NCBI GenBank assembly: GCA_965233585.1
Contig: CBDDTI010000133.1
Coordinates: 1 to 12,316 of the forward strand
Direction: 5' to 3'
Length of the DNA: 12,316 nt
From: a bacterium
Lineage (GTDB): Bacteria > SAR324 > NAC60-12
Shown here piece by piece: positions 10,083-12,316 of the stretch. The notes beneath the pieces were generated by a model. It was not told the origin of the DNA. It made no database searches and worked only from the letters and a program-made list of their open reading frames with translations. The first letter of the stretch is position 1; every line of letters starts with the position of its first letter. The translations under genes and the position numbers were made by a program.

Positions 10083-10289
10083 GGCTTATCGTTATGTCAT
10101 CATTTTCGAAAAGCCCCGTTTTCAAAATGTTTTCCTTCCACACTAAAACATAAAGCCGGCGTTTTCAAATTTTTCCGGTTTGAAAAGTTTTTCGAAAGTC
10201 CCATTTTCTTGTGAATTAGTGTGGACGGTAGGCCTAACCGTAGAAATTAATCTGCGTTTTGAAGTTTCTCCGGTGTAATGTGCACGGAC

Positions 10290-10540
10290 CACCGGCCAAT
10301 CACAACAAAGGTAAATTGCCCAGTTGACCAATGAAAACTCTAGGTTTAAACATTCAAACCTTGGCAAGCGCGGGAGAACGTGCAACTCGAGCACAGCGCG
10401 GGAAAATGCGCTAAGTTAAGTTGAGATTGAGGTTTTACTCCTGATTGGTTAAAATGTAAAGCCGATTACCCTGATTGGTCAGAACACGTTGAATGAGTTT
10501 TTACGAGGCTAGCAAACGAGAAATCGAACGTTCAATTGAA
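10290..10540. mobile_element. Degenerate repeat with CCAATC/CTGATTGG and GCGCGGGA(G/A)AA motifs
   Basis: CCAATC at 10296, CTGATTGG at 10441 and 10472, two GCGCGGGA.AA copies; termini not resolved. Confidence 0.4.
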
Positions 10541-10769
<229 letters not shown>

Positions 10770-11396
10770 CCAAAACATTCTGTAACAATATTTTGAAATT
10801 GCTTTCGTAAAATGTACTCCTATTGTGGTGAAAATAATTAAGGACCAGCCAGGAAACGGTTCATTTTTAATAGAACTCAAGCCAGTGGCTTTGAAATAGC
10901 TTTATGACAGATCAAATCCTTTTGTGTCGAAAGACAAGCTTGATAAACGTTATATGTTGCTTTGTTTCTGTGAACATTGTTTTCTTTTGCTCCTTAAGTA
11001 AACCAAACTTGCGATGTTTCGTGAGCAAGCGTACACTGCATCAAAGACCTTTTGTCGAGAAAGTCTTGCGCAGCAGAAATTTTGTTTATGAAACTTTAAA
11101 GTTTGCTGGCGAATGGTTAAAGGTTAACTGACAACCTTTCGCAAGTTTGGTGAGGAGCAAACATTAAAAAAAAAACCTATTTCCACACCAGTTGCCGCCT
11201 TAGAGGCAAATGAGAGTAAAATAATGTACTTTAACCTCAGTTTGTATGTATGAATGATTTCAAATCAGTATTAGCTTAATTTGTTTCGTCTTTATGCTTT
11301 GAAAACGTTGCAGACACAAACAGGCTGTCGTATAGACTCTTTTATTAGTCTACCTGGCTAAATCTTATACCTATTATTTTTTGCTTTTTTTGTTAG

Positions 11397-11602
11397 CTTA
11401 CACAGAATCCACGATTGCAGTGGGCCTGGCACGAGTTGGCGCAGCCAATCAGCAGATAGTATGCGGCAGCATGAAGGAGCTGTTGTCACATGACCTCGGT
11501 CCGCCATTACACTCACTTATTATACCAGGACGCTTACATTTTCTAGAAAAAGACATGCTTAGAATATTCGCTTTAAATCCTAATATACTTGACGAAAGCT
11601 GA
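11397..11602 (+). CDS. DPH5: DPH5 terminal coding exon
   Basis: tgttag|CT..TGA. (A)YTESTIAVGLARVGAANQQIVCGSMKELLSHDLGPPLHSLIIPGRLHFLEKDMLRIFALNPNILDES*, with GLARVG and DLGPPLHSLII motifs. Confidence 0.97.
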
Positions 11603-11989
11603 CCTGACAGTACTTCTAGATTGGTTTTAACAAAATGTAAACCACCATCTTAAAAAAAAGCTTCGTCAGGGTTTGCGCATCTTGATAAGTGCAGCCTAAA
11701 TTTTTCAAGTACGTCGTTTGCAGTCCGTGGCAATCTTCTCCTTCCTTAACACCTTGTGCTAGTAAACTGCTATTTTCATGTATCCTTCAATCCAAAGGTG
11801 ATTTGTACGAGGCAAATCAAAATCGTGTCGTGTCTGAGCTCCGTTATAGGGAGAGTTTCGCGGTTCGGCGCATTTCTGTATTTCTCTGCGCGCTTTTTGG
11901 CACAGACCCAGTTTTTCATCGTTTAAAAACCAATCGTAAGCCAGTTACCTACTTTCGTGTGCAAATAGCCGTAAAATTATTAACTGTAG

Positions 11990-11995
11990 AATAAA
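11990..11995 (+). promoter_or_regulatory. Candidate DPH5 polyadenylation signal
   Basis: First AATAAA I found after the stop codon, about 390 nt downstream; no transcript evidence. Confidence 0.3.
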
Positions 11996-12316
11996 TCGCA
12001 GGGTCAACACTAAATTCAACTGTCGACAGCGGCGATAAAATCCAGTAACATCTCCTGGGAATTTTGGTCCTCTCACATTCTGCCTCGATTGGCTATAGCA
12101 TGTGATTACTGAACTTTATCTGGGTAGCGTTTTTAAAGCTATAGCACTGCTTAGAAGCGAACAAAAGTATACATGGACCTCCATTTGAAGGAGGCTGCCT
12201 CCTGGAACATCCTTAAAACATTGACCAAATTGTACATGCTTTTTCTTGCGTAATCTATGTTAATCTTCCCGAGTTCTAGCCCTCCTCGTTTATTTTCAGT
12301 TTATTGTTACTTCTTT

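Larger units (their letters stand above)
9473..10286. mobile_element. TIR MITE (probably PIF/Harbinger-type) interrupted by later insertions
   Basis: 34-bp inverted repeats 9473..9506 / 10253..10286 (29/34 match); internal GTTTTCAAA/TTTTCGAAA repeats. True ends are probably a few bp further out. Confidence 0.7.

Noticed and set aside
11689..11994. 101-aa ORF downstream of DPH5 and the other short intronic ORFs
   Set aside because: No recognisable domains or splice-consistent structure; expected by chance, or antisense shadows of real exons and repeats.

Overview
AT-rich eukaryotic genomic DNA; the repeat landscape suggests an anthozoan/stony coral (inference). The window carries the last seven coding exons of DPH5 (diphthine methyl ester synthase) on the + strand, join(1075..1135,1634..1697,3996..4104,6038..6158,9136..9175,9307..9410,11397..11602): 705 nt, 234 aa plus stop, all GT-AG and phase-compatible. 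About 45 N-terminal residues lie upstream of the window. The introns are packed with nested transposable elements: a foldback MITE, a Kolobok-like element, a deleted hAT with a 6-bp TSD, a Tourist-like MITE, a tRNA-derived SINE, a young 5'-truncated CR1/L2-group LINE with an open RT frame, and two microsatellites. The most interesting signal is a set of about six non-coding elements with different arm sequences but one architecture: a long imperfect hairpin at one end and usually a CCAATCAG-like motif at the other. Their hairpin mismatches are repeatedly CGAG opposite CGAG (tandem GA/GA), mostly on the same strand, which suggests selection on a single-stranded DNA fold. All calls were made by eye; no searches were run.
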